Below, in pieces: positions 36,238-46,225 of a stretch of DNA of 46,314 bases. The stretch comes from Acutalibacteraceae bacterium. GTDB lineage: Bacteria > Bacillota > Clostridia > Oscillospirales > Acutalibacteraceae. Position 1 is the stretch's first letter; every line of letters begins with the position of its first letter. Location: the NCBI GenBank assembly GCA_045590175.1, contig JAZNQM010000172.1:1-46314 (forward strand), in the 5' to 3' direction. The notes under the pieces were generated by a model. The model did no database searches and was not told the DNA's origin. It saw only the letters and a list, made by a program, of their open reading frames with translations. Made by a program: the position numbers and the translations under genes.

Positions 36238-38646
36238 TTATTTTGCTACGATATTTACAAGCTTCTTGGGAACGTAAAGCTCCTTCACTATGGTCTTGCC
36301 GTCAATCAGCTCGGTGATAACAGCCTGCTCCTTAGCAAGAGCAATGGCGTCAGCGGCGGTGATATCGGCGGCAACATTAAGCTTGCACTTGATTTTACCA
36401 TTTATCTGAACAACGATTTCAACAGTTGCATCTACGCACTTTGCTTCGTCGTAGATAGGCCAGGTGGTACCGTTAAGCATACCCTCGAAGCCGCACTGTA
36501 CCCACAACTCCTCAGTAAGGTGAGGTGCGAAGGGGTTGAGCAGAGTGATATAGGTTTTGAACTCGCCGCGGGTGATACTGCCCTTGGCGGAAATATCGTT
36601 AAGGAGTGCCATCAAAGCGGCAATGGCGGTGTTCATCTTAAGGGTGTCGATATCCTCGGTAACCTTTTTAATTGTTCTGTGGAAGGCTGCCTCCAGCTCG
36701 GGAGAATATTCGTCGCCGTCAACTAAAATATCGGTCAAAGCGGCAATCTTTTCGAGGAATCTCTTGCAGCCCTTAATGGAGTTCTGACTCCAGGGTGCAG
36801 ACTTCTCAAAGTCGCCGATGAACATTTCGTAGAGTCGCATAGTATCGGCACCGTAGTTTTCAACGATATCGTCGGGGTTAACAACGTTGCCGCGGGACTT
36901 GGACATCTTTTCACCGTTTTCGCCTAAAATCATACCGTGGCTGGTACGCTTTGCATAGGGCTCTTCGGTGGGAACAACGCCGATGACATAAAGGAATTTA
37001 TGCCAGAAACGGCTGTAAAGCAGATGGAGAGTGGTATGCTCCATACCGCCGTTGTACCAATCAACGGGCATCCAATAGTTAAGGGCTTCATTGGATGCCA
37101 AGGCATCATTGTTGTGGGGGTCACAATAGCGAAGGAAGTACCACGATGAGCCTGCCCACTGAGGCATTGTGTCGGTTTCACGCTGTGCGGGAGCACCACA
37201 GCAGGGACAGGTAGTGTTGACCCAATCGGTCATCTTGGAAAGGGGTGACTCACCAGTTTCACTGGGCTCATAGGAATCGACCTCGGGAAGAGTTAAAGGC
37301 AACTCACTCTCGGGCAGAGGCACATAGCCGCACTTCTCACAGTAAACCATAGGAATCGGCTCGCCCCAATATCTCTGACGGGAGAACACCCAATCGCGAA
37401 GCTTGAAGTTAACCTTTTCCTCGCCAATGTTGTTGGTTTTTAAGAATTCTATCATCTTAACCTTTGCTTCTTCAACGGGCAGACCGTTAAGGAAGTCGGA
37501 ATTGCAAAGAATACCTGTTGCACAATCGGTAAAGGCTTCCTTCTGCACATCCTCGCCGCCCGAAACAACCTCGATTATGGGAAGGTCGAATTTCTTTGCA
37601 AACTCCCAGTCGCGGGTATCGTGGGCAGGAACTGCCATAATAGCACCTGTTCCGTAGGAAACAAGCACGTAGTCAGAAATAAAGATGGGGATCTCCTTGC
37701 CGTTTACAGGGTTGATTGCCATAACTCCGGAAAGCCTTACACCTGTCTTATCCTTGGCAACCTCGGTACGCCCAAAGTCGGATTTTCTTGCGGCGGCTGC
37801 CTGATAATCACGAACCTCGGACATATTATCAATCTTATCAGCCCACTTTTCCAGCAAAGGATGCTCGGGAGAAACTACCATATAGGTTGCACCGAAAAGG
37901 GTGTCACAACGGGTGGTGTAAACCTCCAAAGTATCGCCAAGTGTGGTGTTGAACTTAACCTGAGCACCGGTAGAACGGCCAATCCAGTTTCTCTGCTGAG
38001 TCTTGACACGTTCAATATAGTTAACTGTGTCAAGTCCGTCAAGGAGCTTATCGGCATACTCGGTGATTTTAAGCATCCACTGGCTCTTGACCTTGTGGAC
38101 AACCTCGCTGCCGCAACGCTCACAAACGCCATTCACAACCTCTTCGTTGGCAAGAACGCATTTACAGGAGGTACACCAGTTAACTGCCATCTCCTTTTTA
38201 TATGCCAAGCCCTTTTTATAAAGCTGAATGAAAATCCATTGAGTCCACTTATAATAAGCAGGGTCGGTGGTATTAACCTCTCTGCTCCAGTCGAAGGAGA
38301 AACCGAGGGATTTTAACTGTCTTTTGAAGTTTTCCACATTCTTCTCGGTTACTATTTCGGGATGAATGTGGTTCTTAATTGCATAGTTTTCGGTGGGAAG
38401 ACCGAAGGCATCCCAGCCCATAGGATAAAGAACATTGTAGCCTTCAAATCTTCTTTTACGGCTTACTATATCAAGAGCGGTATAGGAACGGGGATGTCCT
38501 ACATGGAGACCCTGACCCGAGGGGTAAGGGAACTCAACAAGGGCGAAAAACTTAGGCTTGGTATAGTCGGTACCTGCCTTGAATGTCTCCTTTTCGTCCC
38601 ATATATCCTGCCACTTTTTCTCAATTGCTTTATAATCGTATCTCAT
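36238..38646 (-). CDS. leuS: leucine--tRNA ligase
   Basis: HVGHPRSYT (HIGH), KMSKSRGN (KMSKS) and the CP1 editing domain are present, in a protein of 802 aa. Confidence 0.97.
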   Translation of the reverse strand: MRYDYKAIEKKWQDIWDEKETFKAGTDYTKPKFFALVEFPYPSGQGLHVGHPRSYTALDIVSRKRRFEGYNVLYPMGWDAFGLPTENYAIKNHIHPEIVTEKNVENFKRQLKSLGFSFDWSREVNTTDPAYYKWTQWIFIQLYKKGLAYKKEMAVNWCTSCKCVLANEEVVNGVCERCGSEVVHKVKSQWMLKITEYADKLLDGLDTVNYIERVKTQQRNWIGRSTGAQVKFNTTLGDTLEVYTTRCDTLFGATYMVVSPEHPLLEKWADKIDNMSEVRDYQAAAARKSDFGRTEVAKDKTGVRLSGVMAINPVNGKEIPIFISDYVLVSYGTGAIMAVPAHDTRDWEFAKKFDLPIIEVVSGGEDVQKEAFTDCATGILCNSDFLNGLPVEEAKVKMIEFLKTNNIGEEKVNFKLRDWVFSRQRYWGEPIPMVYCEKCGYVPLPESELPLTLPEVDSYEPSETGESPLSKMTDWVNTTCPCCGAPAQRETDTMPQWAGSSWYFLRYCDPHNNDALASNEALNYWMPVDWYNGGMEHTTLHLLYSRFWHKFLYVIGVVPTEEPYAKRTSHGMILGENGEKMSKSRGNVVNPDDIVENYGADTMRLYEMFIGDFEKSAPWSQNSIKGCKRFLEKIAALTDILVDGDEYSPELEAAFHRTIKKVTEDIDTLKMNTAIAALMALLNDISAKGSITRGEFKTYITLLNPFAPHLTEELWVQCGFEGMLNGTTWPIYDEAKCVDATVEIVVQINGKIKCKLNVAADITAADAIALAKEQAVITELIDGKTIVKELYVPKKLVNIVAK

Positions 38647-39017
38647 TAGTTGCTACCCTCTTCGCTGTTTGTTAAAATTTCACTTAATTCCACGTGTTCA
38701 CCGTCGTCCCAGATACGGTCGAGATTATAGAACTCTCTTGCATCCTTTGTAAAAACGTGAACTATTATTGCACCGTAGTCAAGCAGTACCCAATTCGTGC
38801 CGCGACCCTCGATACGGAGAGGCTCAATACCCTCCTTCGAGAGCTTATCCTCAACCTCTTCGCTAAGGGCACGAACGTGGGTGGAGGAGGTTGCGGAGGT
38901 CATAAGAAAATATTCGGTTATAACGGTTAAATCGCTAACCTTAATTGCCGAAAGGTCCAAAGCCTTTTTCTCGTTAAGAGCATTAGCGGCAATCTCTAAC
39001 ATTTTTTCAGTTTGCAA
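38646..39017 (-). CDS. rsfS: ribosome silencing factor RsfS
   Basis: [35 protein letters not shown]...[14 protein letters not shown]...[10 protein letters not shown] matches the RsfS/iojap family. Confidence 0.9.
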   Translation of the reverse strand: MQTEKMLEIAANALNEKKALDLSAIKVSDLTVITEYFLMTSATSSTHVRALSEEVEDKLSKEGIEPLRIEGRGTNWVLLDYGAIIVHVFTKDAREFYNLDRIWDDGEHVELSEILTNSEEGSN

Positions 39018-39036
39018 AAATTATCACACTTTCCTT

Positions 39037-40296
39037 TTAATATTCATCTAAGGTTGAATCCTCTGGCTTGAGCCAGTTGTCATTCTTATCGTAGCCTGCC
39101 ATTTTATAGATTTCGGGGCAAGGTACGTCCTCTTCGGTTATAGGCTCGTCGAAAGGATTGAAGTATTTGTTGAATATCTCAATGTAATCGTCTCTGTGGA
39201 TTGAATAATATGAAATACCTTCATAATAACAAGCCTGACCCGGCATACCGAATATATGAATATTCTCGGTGTCTAACTTCATTGCTTCCCAGGCGAAAGC
39301 TACAGTTTCGTTAAGGGTGAGGTCGGTTTGAATTTCATTGAAGCAGCTGTTGGCAACCTTAAACACTTCACCCTTGCTCATATTCTGCAATTCCTTAAAG
39401 AGGGCTGCATAGAACTTACGCTGCTGCTTAACACGACCAATATCGCTTCCGTCATAGTTAACGTCCTCGGATTGGTCACCCGAACGCTTTCTCATAAAGC
39501 CGATAGCATCCTTACCCGAAAGCTGAACCTCGCCGGGGCCTATGTTATAGTAGTTGCCAAAATCCAGAGGGTCTTCAATACGGATTGCGTTAGGCAGGTT
39601 CATCTTAACGCCTCCGATGGCATCTACTACATTAACAGCACCCTCTATTGAGAACAGAATATAGTGGTCTATCGGGATTCCCAGCTGATTAGAAAGACAA
39701 CGGCGAAGGGCATTAATCTTTAACTCGCCCTGCTGAGCATTTGGGAATACTGCATTAATCTTATAGGCATTTATATATCCCACATAGGTATCACGGGGAA
39801 TTTGAAGCATACTGACGGTTTTGTTCTTATGGTCCATACAAACCACAACTATAACGTCAGTCTGCTGAGTATCGGTCCAGTCACAGCCTACAACCAAGAA
39901 ATAAGTAACATCCTTGTTTTTGCTGACCATAAGTTCGGGGAAGCCGGGATCTTCTTCCTCCTGCACCTGTTGTTTATTACCGCCGCCAAAAAGCAGTTTT
40001 AATAGAAAGTTATCGGTAACAGAGCCGTCTGCACTTGCCAAAAACCAACCCATAACAGTTGTTAAAAGCAAGCTTATAGCGAGAATAACCGAAGTAACTG
40101 AGTTGATAATTACCCGAGTTTTGTTTACCTTTTTCTTTCCGTTATTATCAGAAAAAGAGCTGATGAAATCCATATTTCCATCACCTGAGTTGCTGGAAAT
40201 ATCCTCAAATTCATCCAAAGTATTGGGAGTTGTGGTATCCTCGTCTTCATCAATTATAAATTCATCCTTGTTTTCAAAATCAAAATTCATATTCAT
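39037..40296 (-). CDS. LytR-CpsA-Psr (LCP) family cell-envelope phosphotransferase
   Basis: It has a cytoplasmic acidic tail and a TM helix. The LCP core is DVIVVVCMDHKNKTVSMLQIPRDTYV...GGVKMNLP...FMRKR. The SD position favours the ATG at 40290. Confidence 0.85.
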   Translation of the reverse strand: MNMNFDFENKDEFIIDEDEDTTTPNTLDEFEDISSNSGDGNMDFISSFSDNNGKKKVNKTRVIINSVTSVILAISLLLTTVMGWFLASADGSVTDNFLLKLLFGGGNKQQVQEEEDPGFPELMVSKNKDVTYFLVVGCDWTDTQQTDVIVVVCMDHKNKTVSMLQIPRDTYVGYINAYKINAVFPNAQQGELKINALRRCLSNQLGIPIDHYILFSIEGAVNVVDAIGGVKMNLPNAIRIEDPLDFGNYYNIGPGEVQLSGKDAIGFMRKRSGDQSEDVNYDGSDIGRVKQQRKFYAALFKELQNMSKGEVFKVANSCFNEIQTDLTLNETVAFAWEAMKLDTENIHIFGMPGQACYYEGISYYSIHRDDYIEIFNKYFNPFDEPITEEDVPCPEIYKMAGYDKNDNWLKPEDSTLDEY

Positions 40297-40311
40297 TCCC
40301 CTTTCTTGGTT

Positions 40312-41475
40312 TCATCCTACATAAAATTTGTATGCCGCAAGGGTGTCGGGATGTACCGCGAAGCCCTTATTTTTCAAATCCTCCACAGTGAATTTAAGGG
40401 CGATTTCAAGTGCCGCCTTTTCACTGATTTCCACCGCTTTTCGCATATCCTCCACACCGTCATAGTCCCTGTCACGAGAGGTGTAGTCGGCAAGGTAAAT
40501 AACCCTTTCTAAGGGGGTCATATCCGCTCTTGCCGTTGTGTGATAACGAATAGCACTTATAATCTCCTCGTCATCAATACCCAAGACCTTTTTAACATAT
40601 ACACTGCCTATGATTGAATGATAAAGCTTCGGGGCATTTTTTTCGAGTTCGGTTAACATTATACCAAACTCTTTCGCTAATTTCAACTGTTCGCTTGAGT
40701 TGGTATCTTTTAACACATCATGAAGCAGACCTGCAAGGTATGCCTTCTCCTTGTCAACACCATATCTGTCGGCAAGTCGCACCGCCTCCTCCGCCACACA
40801 AAGGGTGTGGAAATATCTACGGGGGGTGAGCCTTGCTTCAAGATGCTCTTTATATTCTGCTATGGTCATATCGGATTTTTCCTTATATAAATTATTATCT
40901 GCAATATATCGGGCGATTTTTTTTGGAACAAGTCCCGAAAACTCGGAATTATTGGAAACCGCTCGCCTTACCTCTGTGGAGGAAAGATTTTCTACCTGTA
41001 ACGTAAGCTCCTCTACAACGGCTCCGTCGGCTCTTAATTCAGCTAAGGCTTTCCCGAATTCGGCGGGATTTTCGCCAGCCCTGAACACCGCAAGAAAATT
41101 GCAAAGCTTTATGAGTTCCTCGTATTTATACCAGGTTTTGAGGGTGACTAACATATCTGCTCCGCAGAGAAACCAAGGTGTGTCGCCGTGTTTCGCACGA
41201 TAGTCAAGCACGGTGAGATAGGTGTAACTCTTTTCGCGTCTGTAAAGCTCCACGTCCCATACTTCAGCTTTTGAGTGGGTTTCAGCCAAAAGCTTGCACA
41301 TATTAAGTCTGTGTGAAGCCGATGCCAAGGTATTGCCTACCTTATGGACAGGTTGCTTTGTGGGAACGAGCAGAAGCCTTTCTACATCCTCACGGCGGCA
41401 AAGCTCCCTAACCAGGGTTTCGTGACCTAAGTGGGGAGGATTAAAGGTGCCGCCGAAAATAACGGTTTTTCTCAT
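40312..41475 (-). CDS. nadD: fused nicotinate-nucleotide adenylyltransferase (NadD) and HD-domain YqeK phosphohydrolase
   Basis: The N-terminal half has GGTFNPPHLGH and SSTEVRR. The C-terminal half has RYFHTLCVAEEA...LAGLLHDVLKD (HD) and RYHTTA. Confidence 0.88.
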   Translation of the reverse strand: MRKTVIFGGTFNPPHLGHETLVRELCRREDVERLLLVPTKQPVHKVGNTLASASHRLNMCKLLAETHSKAEVWDVELYRREKSYTYLTVLDYRAKHGDTPWFLCGADMLVTLKTWYKYEELIKLCNFLAVFRAGENPAEFGKALAELRADGAVVEELTLQVENLSSTEVRRAVSNNSEFSGLVPKKIARYIADNNLYKEKSDMTIAEYKEHLEARLTPRRYFHTLCVAEEAVRLADRYGVDKEKAYLAGLLHDVLKDTNSSEQLKLAKEFGIMLTELEKNAPKLYHSIIGSVYVKKVLGIDDEEIISAIRYHTTARADMTPLERVIYLADYTSRDRDYDGVEDMRKAVEISEKAALEIALKFTVEDLKNKGFAVHPDTLAAYKFYVG

Positions 41476-41476
41476 A

Positions 41477-41776
41477 TCACTTAACTAATTTAATTTTTCT
41501 GTTTTCGGGTTTAGATGCCCTGCGATAGAGGATGAATCTATATCCGATAACCTGAACCACATCGGCACCAACAGCTTCTGCAATAGCATCGGCGGTTTCG
41601 CGGGAAGAGGTGGGAGAGGTTTCAAGAACACGACATTTGATAAGCTCGCGAACCTCCAATGCTTCTTCTACGTGACGAAGGGTCATATCGTTTATTCCGT
41701 CTTTACCAACCTGCAAAATGGGTTCCATTGAGTTTGCCATTCCGCGAAGCTGGGCTCTTTGCTTTGAGGTTAACAT
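41477..41776 (-). CDS. yhbY: CRM-domain RNA-binding protein YhbY/YqeI
   Basis: LTSKQRAQLRGMANSMEPILQVGKDGI...LIKCRV matches the YhbY family. Confidence 0.88.
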   Translation of the reverse strand: MLTSKQRAQLRGMANSMEPILQVGKDGINDMTLRHVEEALEVRELIKCRVLETSPTSSRETADAIAEAVGADVVQVIGYRFILYRRASKPENRKIKLVK

Positions 41777-41787
41777 TATATTTTCTC

Positions 41788-42702
41788 CTAACTTTCTGAC
41801 TGAAAAAGTGAACGGGCGAAGGATTTAACATCGAAGGGCTGTAAATCATCTATGCCCTCGCCTACACCTACAAATTTAACAGGAATTCCAAGCTCATTGT
41901 GGATGGCAAGGACAATACCACCTCTTGCGGTTCCGTCTAATTTAGTGAGAACGATGCCTGTTATATCGGCGGCAGTCTTGAATTCTCTTGCTTGATTAAC
42001 AGCATTCTGACCGGTGGCGGCATCCAAAACCAAAAGGTTTTCGATAGATGCCTCGGGTAGCTCACGCTTTATGACACGTGAAATCTTTGCCAATTCGTCC
42101 ATTAAATTCTTTTTATTATGAAGTCTGCCTGCGGTGTCGCAGATTATAACATCTGCTCCGCGGGCTTTAGCGGCGGCGATTGTGTCGAAAACCACTGAGG
42201 CGGGGTCACTGCCCTCCACACTCTTTATCATTTCAACACCTGCTCGGTCTGCCCACACTCCCAACTGCTCGATTGCGGCGGCACGGAATGTATCGGCGGC
42301 ACCGAGGATGACCTTCTTTCCCTCAGCACGAAGGGAAGCTGCCATCTTACCGATGGTGGTGGTTTTACCGACACCGTTAACACCTATTACCAATATAACA
42401 GAGGGGGTGGTTGTGAGTTTTAAAACCTCGCCCTCACCTAACAGTTCCTCTATAATTTCCTGCAAGGCATCGTAAATTTCATTGGGGTCGGTTATTCCCT
42501 GCTCCTTTACCTTTTGGCGGAGAAGCTCAATTATATGCTCGGCGGTAGGCATACCCATATCGCTCATTACGAGGGTTTCCTCTAACTCCTCAAACAGCTC
42601 CTCATCAATTTTGGTGAAGCTGTTGAGGATGCCTGTTATGGCACTCTTAAAGGAGTCGCGGGTCTTTTTAAGGCCAGCATTTATTTTAGAAAATAAGCCC
42701 AT
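41788..42702 (-). CDS. ftsY: signal recognition particle receptor FtsY
   Basis: [18 protein letters not shown] start, [15 protein letters not shown] and [10 protein letters not shown] are present. AAGGAG precedes the ATG at 42702. The ORF-track extension to 42810 overlaps smc and is rejected. Confidence 0.93.
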   Translation of the reverse strand: MGLFSKINAGLKKTRDSFKSAITGILNSFTKIDEELFEELEETLVMSDMGMPTAEHIIELLRQKVKEQGITDPNEIYDALQEIIEELLGEGEVLKLTTTPSVILVIGVNGVGKTTTIGKMAASLRAEGKKVILGAADTFRAAAIEQLGVWADRAGVEMIKSVEGSDPASVVFDTIAAAKARGADVIICDTAGRLHNKKNLMDELAKISRVIKRELPEASIENLLVLDAATGQNAVNQAREFKTAADITGIVLTKLDGTARGGIVLAIHNELGIPVKFVGVGEGIDDLQPFDVKSFARSLFQSES

Positions 42703-42718
42703 TAAAATTCTCCTTATA

Positions 42719-45700
42719 TTATTTAATGTTGGTTTTAAGCTTTTTTTCAAGCTCAGAAATGTTGATTTCCAGAAGTTTTGAAACACCCTTTTCCTGCATA
42801 GTAACACCATACAGCATATCGGCAGCCTCCATAGTACCGCGACGGTGGGTGATACAGATAAACTGGGTGGAGTCGTTCATACGGTGCATATAGTCCGCAA
42901 CACGGTCAACGTTAACCTCGTCCAGAGCCGACTCAACCTCGTCAAGCAAACAGAAGGGGGGCGGTGCAACCATCATAATTGCGAAGTAAATCGAAATAGC
43001 AACAAGTGCCTTCTCACCACCCGACAGGGGCTCGATTTTGGAAACAGTTTTACCAGGTATACGAACCGAGATATCTATACCGCTTTCCAGAACGTTTTCA
43101 GGGTCGGAAAGGATAAGCTCGGCACTGCCGCCTCCAAAGAGGTCGGTGAAGGTTTTTGAGAAGTTGCGGTTGATTTTATCAAAGCCCGTTACAAACAGGT
43201 CGCGCATTGTTTCGGTAAGACCCGAAATGATTTTATAAAGCTCCTTGCGGGATTTTTCCACATCCTCTATTTGAACCTTATAATATTCATAGCGCTCGCT
43301 GACTTCCTTGTATTCCTCGATTGCAGCCACGTTTACGTCGCCGAGGGCCTTCATCTTACCCTTGATTTCGGAAAGCTCACGCTTAGCGGCAGCAGGGTCA
43401 CGAAGCTGGATATCCAGCTCCTCAGCCTGAGTCTTGGTAAGCTCGTATTCGTCAAAAAGTTTTTTAATTATATCGTCGTATTCGTGCATCATATTTGCAC
43501 GACGCTCCTGCAGGCGAACAAGCTCACCGCTCAGACGTTCTCTCTGGTCGGTAAGAGCACGTTCCTCTGCTCTCATATTAACATTCTGTCGCTCGGCTTC
43601 ATCCTGACTTGCTCTCAGCTCGGTAGCCTGCTTCAACTCTTGCTTAGAATCCTCGCGAAGCTTCAGAATTGTTTCCTTCAATTCCTCAATGCGGGCATTG
43701 TAGCCATCGTTAAGCTCCAGCATCTGCAACCGTTCCAGCTCCAATTGTTCCACACGGTAGGAGCGGTCGTTGAGGGCATCCTCCATTGATTTTACGGAGC
43801 GGACGATGGACTCGATGTCTTTTTCGGTTGTGGCATTCTGAAGCTTTAAGGCCGTCAGACGCTCGGAAAGCTCTTCTCTGCGTTCCGAAAGGCTGCTTCT
43901 GCCACCCGAAATACTGTCAATTTCATCCTGTATCTTCTGCTTGGTTTCGTTCAGCTCATTCACAGCTGTTTCCGACAGAGAAATTGTCTGCTTGTTGGTT
44001 TCCTCACGCTGGGCACAATCCTCCAATTCCTTTTGGAGGGTGGTTATGTTGTTTTGGTTGGTGGTAACAAGCTCGTCAACGCGACGCATTTCACCTAAAA
44101 CGCGAATCAAATCCTCGTTGGCGGTCTTAAGCTCTGCCTCAATATTGGCAATATCCTTATTTACACCCTCTAAAGAGGATTCGGCATTCTTAAGCTCGGC
44201 ATTTTTAAGTTCGAGCTTTTCGTTAAGCTTAACGATTTTCTGCTTAAGGGTATCAATTTCTCCGCCGCGGGACAGGAGACCCGTATGCTTGGAAAGTGAA
44301 CCGCCTGTCATAGAACCGCCTGCATTAACAACCTGTCCATCCAGGGAAACAATTTTATACTTATAGTTAAATTTCTTGGCTATTGCCACTGCCGAATCCA
44401 AATCCTCGGCTACAACTATTCTTCCCAAAAGGGAAACTGCTATTTCTTTGTATTTAGAATCGCAGTTCACAAGGTCTGAGGCAACACCCACAAAACCGAG
44501 ACAGGTGTCTAACTTCGGCTCGTCGATGTATCTGCCTTCTATTGATGATACAGGCAGGAAGGTGGCTCTTCCCTTGTTTTCCGTCTTCAGCATATTGATA
44601 GCACGTTTGGCATCGCCTTCGTTTTCAACTACTATATTCTGCGCAGCGTTACCGAGGGCAGTTTCTATAGCAATGGAATACTCCTTGTCAACATCGATAA
44701 GGCGTACAAAGGGGCCTAAGATACCGTGGAGGTTTCCGCTTTTGTAAGCCTTCATAACCGCTTTAACGGCGTAGTTAAAGCCCTCCATATTCCGTTCCAG
44801 TTCCTGAAGCATTTCTATTCTACGCTTAAGGTCCTCGATATCAAGACCCAGCTTATCAATCTCAGCTGTTAGATTTTTAACCGACTCCTCACGTGAGGTT
44901 CTACGCATTTTATAGCCGCTTACGGTGTTATTATATGAGCTGATGGACTCCTCTAAGTCATTGCGGTCGGATTCTAATTTCTTGAATTCCTCCTGCTGAG
45001 AAACAAGGACCTCTTGGAGCTCTTTGCGGTTCTCCTCCACTGCGGCAACACGGGTTGAAATTTCCTCCAAAGCGGTTGAGGCAGAAACAGATTTAACCTG
45101 CTCCTCGGTGGCTTTGGCGGAAATATCATTAAGGGAAAGCACAAGCTCCTCAATGCGGTTGGAAATACCTTCGCTTTCCTTAATAAGTCCGTTTAATTCC
45201 TCGGTGGTATCGGAGATAAGCTTGTTGGTTTCGACGAGGGTCTGCTGTCTTGCCTCCAATTTTTCCTTTTCGGACTTGATGTTTTCCGCGGCAGTTACAT
45301 CCGATTCTTTGAGTCCGTCGATTTCAAAACGGACACGCTCGATGTTCTGATTATTATGAAGTATGGTGTTTTCAACAACGGCAATTTCGCCCTCTTTACG
45401 GGTTGCCTCCTCCTCCAATTCCTGAGAACGGCGACGTTTTTGCTCAATAGCAGAGTTGAAAAAGGCATTCTGCTCAAGGAGTTTTTCCTGACTTTCGGCA
45501 ATTTCGCCAAGCTTCTTGTTTATATCGTCATATTCATCCTGAGCCACGGTGATTTTACGCTCGTGGTTACGGAGGGTATCTTTAGAGCTATCGAGGGCAT
45601 TAAGCCACAGACCGATTTCAAGCTCCTTCTTTTCCTCACGGAATTTAAGATATTTCTCAGCCTTTTCGCTTTGGTGCTTGAGCGGTCCGATGCGGCTTTC

Positions 45701-46189
45701 AAGCTCTGCGAAAATATCGTTAAGGCGAACGAGGTTGTCCTCAGCCTGACTGAGCTTTCTTTCGGCTTCAATTTTGCGATAACGATAGCGGGAAATACCC
45801 GAGGCTTCCTCGAAAATATCTCTGCGTTCATTAGGTTTAGCTCCGACGATGCTGTCGATTTTTCCCTGGCCTATCATAGAATATCCGTCTCTGCCGAGAC
45901 CTGTATCCATAAAAAGCTCGTTAACGTCACGCAGACGCACCGACACGCCGTTTATTAAATATTCGCTTTCGTGGGAACGGTAGTACCTTCTGGTTACCGC
46001 CACGGTATCGTTGTCGAAGTTAAGGCTTCTGTCGGAATTGTCTATTGTAAGAGTAACCTCGGCAAAGCCCTGGGCACGACGGGTGTCTGAGCCCAGAAAT
46101 ATAACATCCTCCATTGAAGCTCCGCGAAGGCTTTTGGTGGATAAGTCGGATCGTAGCCATGTCGTTCTGTGAGCCAAGGAGTTGATCAT
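42719..46189 (-). CDS. smc: chromosome segregation protein SMC, main body lacking the Walker A N-terminus in this frame
   Basis: STKSLRGASMEDVIFLGSD..., long coiled coils, the hinge (GILGPFVRLI...GRATFLP), the signature LSGGEKAL and Walker B FCLLDEVESALD are present. SMC homology starts at 46141. The first in-frame ATG with an SD is at 46189, inside an inserted spacer. Confidence 0.85.
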   Translation of the reverse strand: MINSLAHRTTWLRSDLSTKSLRGASMEDVIFLGSDTRRAQGFAEVTLTIDNSDRSLNFDNDTVAVTRRYYRSHESEYLINGVSVRLRDVNELFMDTGLGRDGYSMIGQGKIDSIVGAKPNERRDIFEEASGISRYRYRKIEAERKLSQAEDNLVRLNDIFAELESRIGPLKHQSEKAEKYLKFREEKKELEIGLWLNALDSSKDTLRNHERKITVAQDEYDDINKKLGEIAESQEKLLEQNAFFNSAIEQKRRRSQELEEEATRKEGEIAVVENTILHNNQNIERVRFEIDGLKESDVTAAENIKSEKEKLEARQQTLVETNKLISDTTEELNGLIKESEGISNRIEELVLSLNDISAKATEEQVKSVSASTALEEISTRVAAVEENRKELQEVLVSQQEEFKKLESDRNDLEESISSYNNTVSGYKMRRTSREESVKNLTAEIDKLGLDIEDLKRRIEMLQELERNMEGFNYAVKAVMKAYKSGNLHGILGPFVRLIDVDKEYSIAIETALGNAAQNIVVENEGDAKRAINMLKTENKGRATFLPVSSIEGRYIDEPKLDTCLGFVGVASDLVNCDSKYKEIAVSLLGRIVVAEDLDSAVAIAKKFNYKYKIVSLDGQVVNAGGSMTGGSLSKHTGLLSRGGEIDTLKQKIVKLNEKLELKNAELKNAESSLEGVNKDIANIEAELKTANEDLIRVLGEMRRVDELVTTNQNNITTLQKELEDCAQREETNKQTISLSETAVNELNETKQKIQDEIDSISGGRSSLSERREELSERLTALKLQNATTEKDIESIVRSVKSMEDALNDRSYRVEQLELERLQMLELNDGYNARIEELKETILKLREDSKQELKQATELRASQDEAERQNVNMRAEERALTDQRERLSGELVRLQERRANMMHEYDDIIKKLFDEYELTKTQAEELDIQLRDPAAAKRELSEIKGKMKALGDVNVAAIEEYKEVSERYEYYKVQIEDVEKSRKELYKIISGLTETMRDLFVTGFDKINRNFSKTFTDLFGGGSAELILSDPENVLESGIDISVRIPGKTVSKIEPLSGGEKALVAISIYFAIMMVAPPPFCLLDEVESALDEVNVDRVADYMHRMNDSTQFICITHRRGTMEAADMLYGVTMQEKGVSKLLEINISELEKKLKTNIK
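46054..46142. repeat. 89-bp perfect direct repeat, copy 2 (inside smc)
   Basis: Identical to 46226-46314, with a period of 172 bp. Confidence 0.95.
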
Positions 46190-46225
46190 TTGGTTTGTCT
46201 TCCTAAGACCGCTTGGCCTCCGACT
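46143..46225. other. 83-bp spacer between the smc repeats, with 8-bp terminal inverted repeat
   Basis: AAGTCGGA (46143-46150) is the reverse complement of TCCGACTT (46219-46226). Internal complementarity includes GCCAAG/CTTGGC. On the minus strand the spacer carries TAG, AGGAAG and ATG in that order. Confidence 0.8.

Noticed and set aside
37621-38316. A 231-aa plus-strand ORF inside leuS.
   Set aside because: It is an antisense shadow ORF of leuS, with no motif and no SD.
38647-39036. Expected T-box leader upstream of leuS, and possibly upstream of asnB at 26865-27043.
   Set aside because: leuS starts by TAATG overlap with rsfS, leaving no leader. The asnB upstream region is AT-rich without the conserved T-box sequence or specifier-loop architecture.
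42703-42810. An ORF-track N-terminal extension of ftsY that overlaps the smc 3' end.
   Set aside because: The canonical FtsY N-terminus MGLFSK with an AAGGAG SD begins at 42702. The extension has no SD and unnatural composition.
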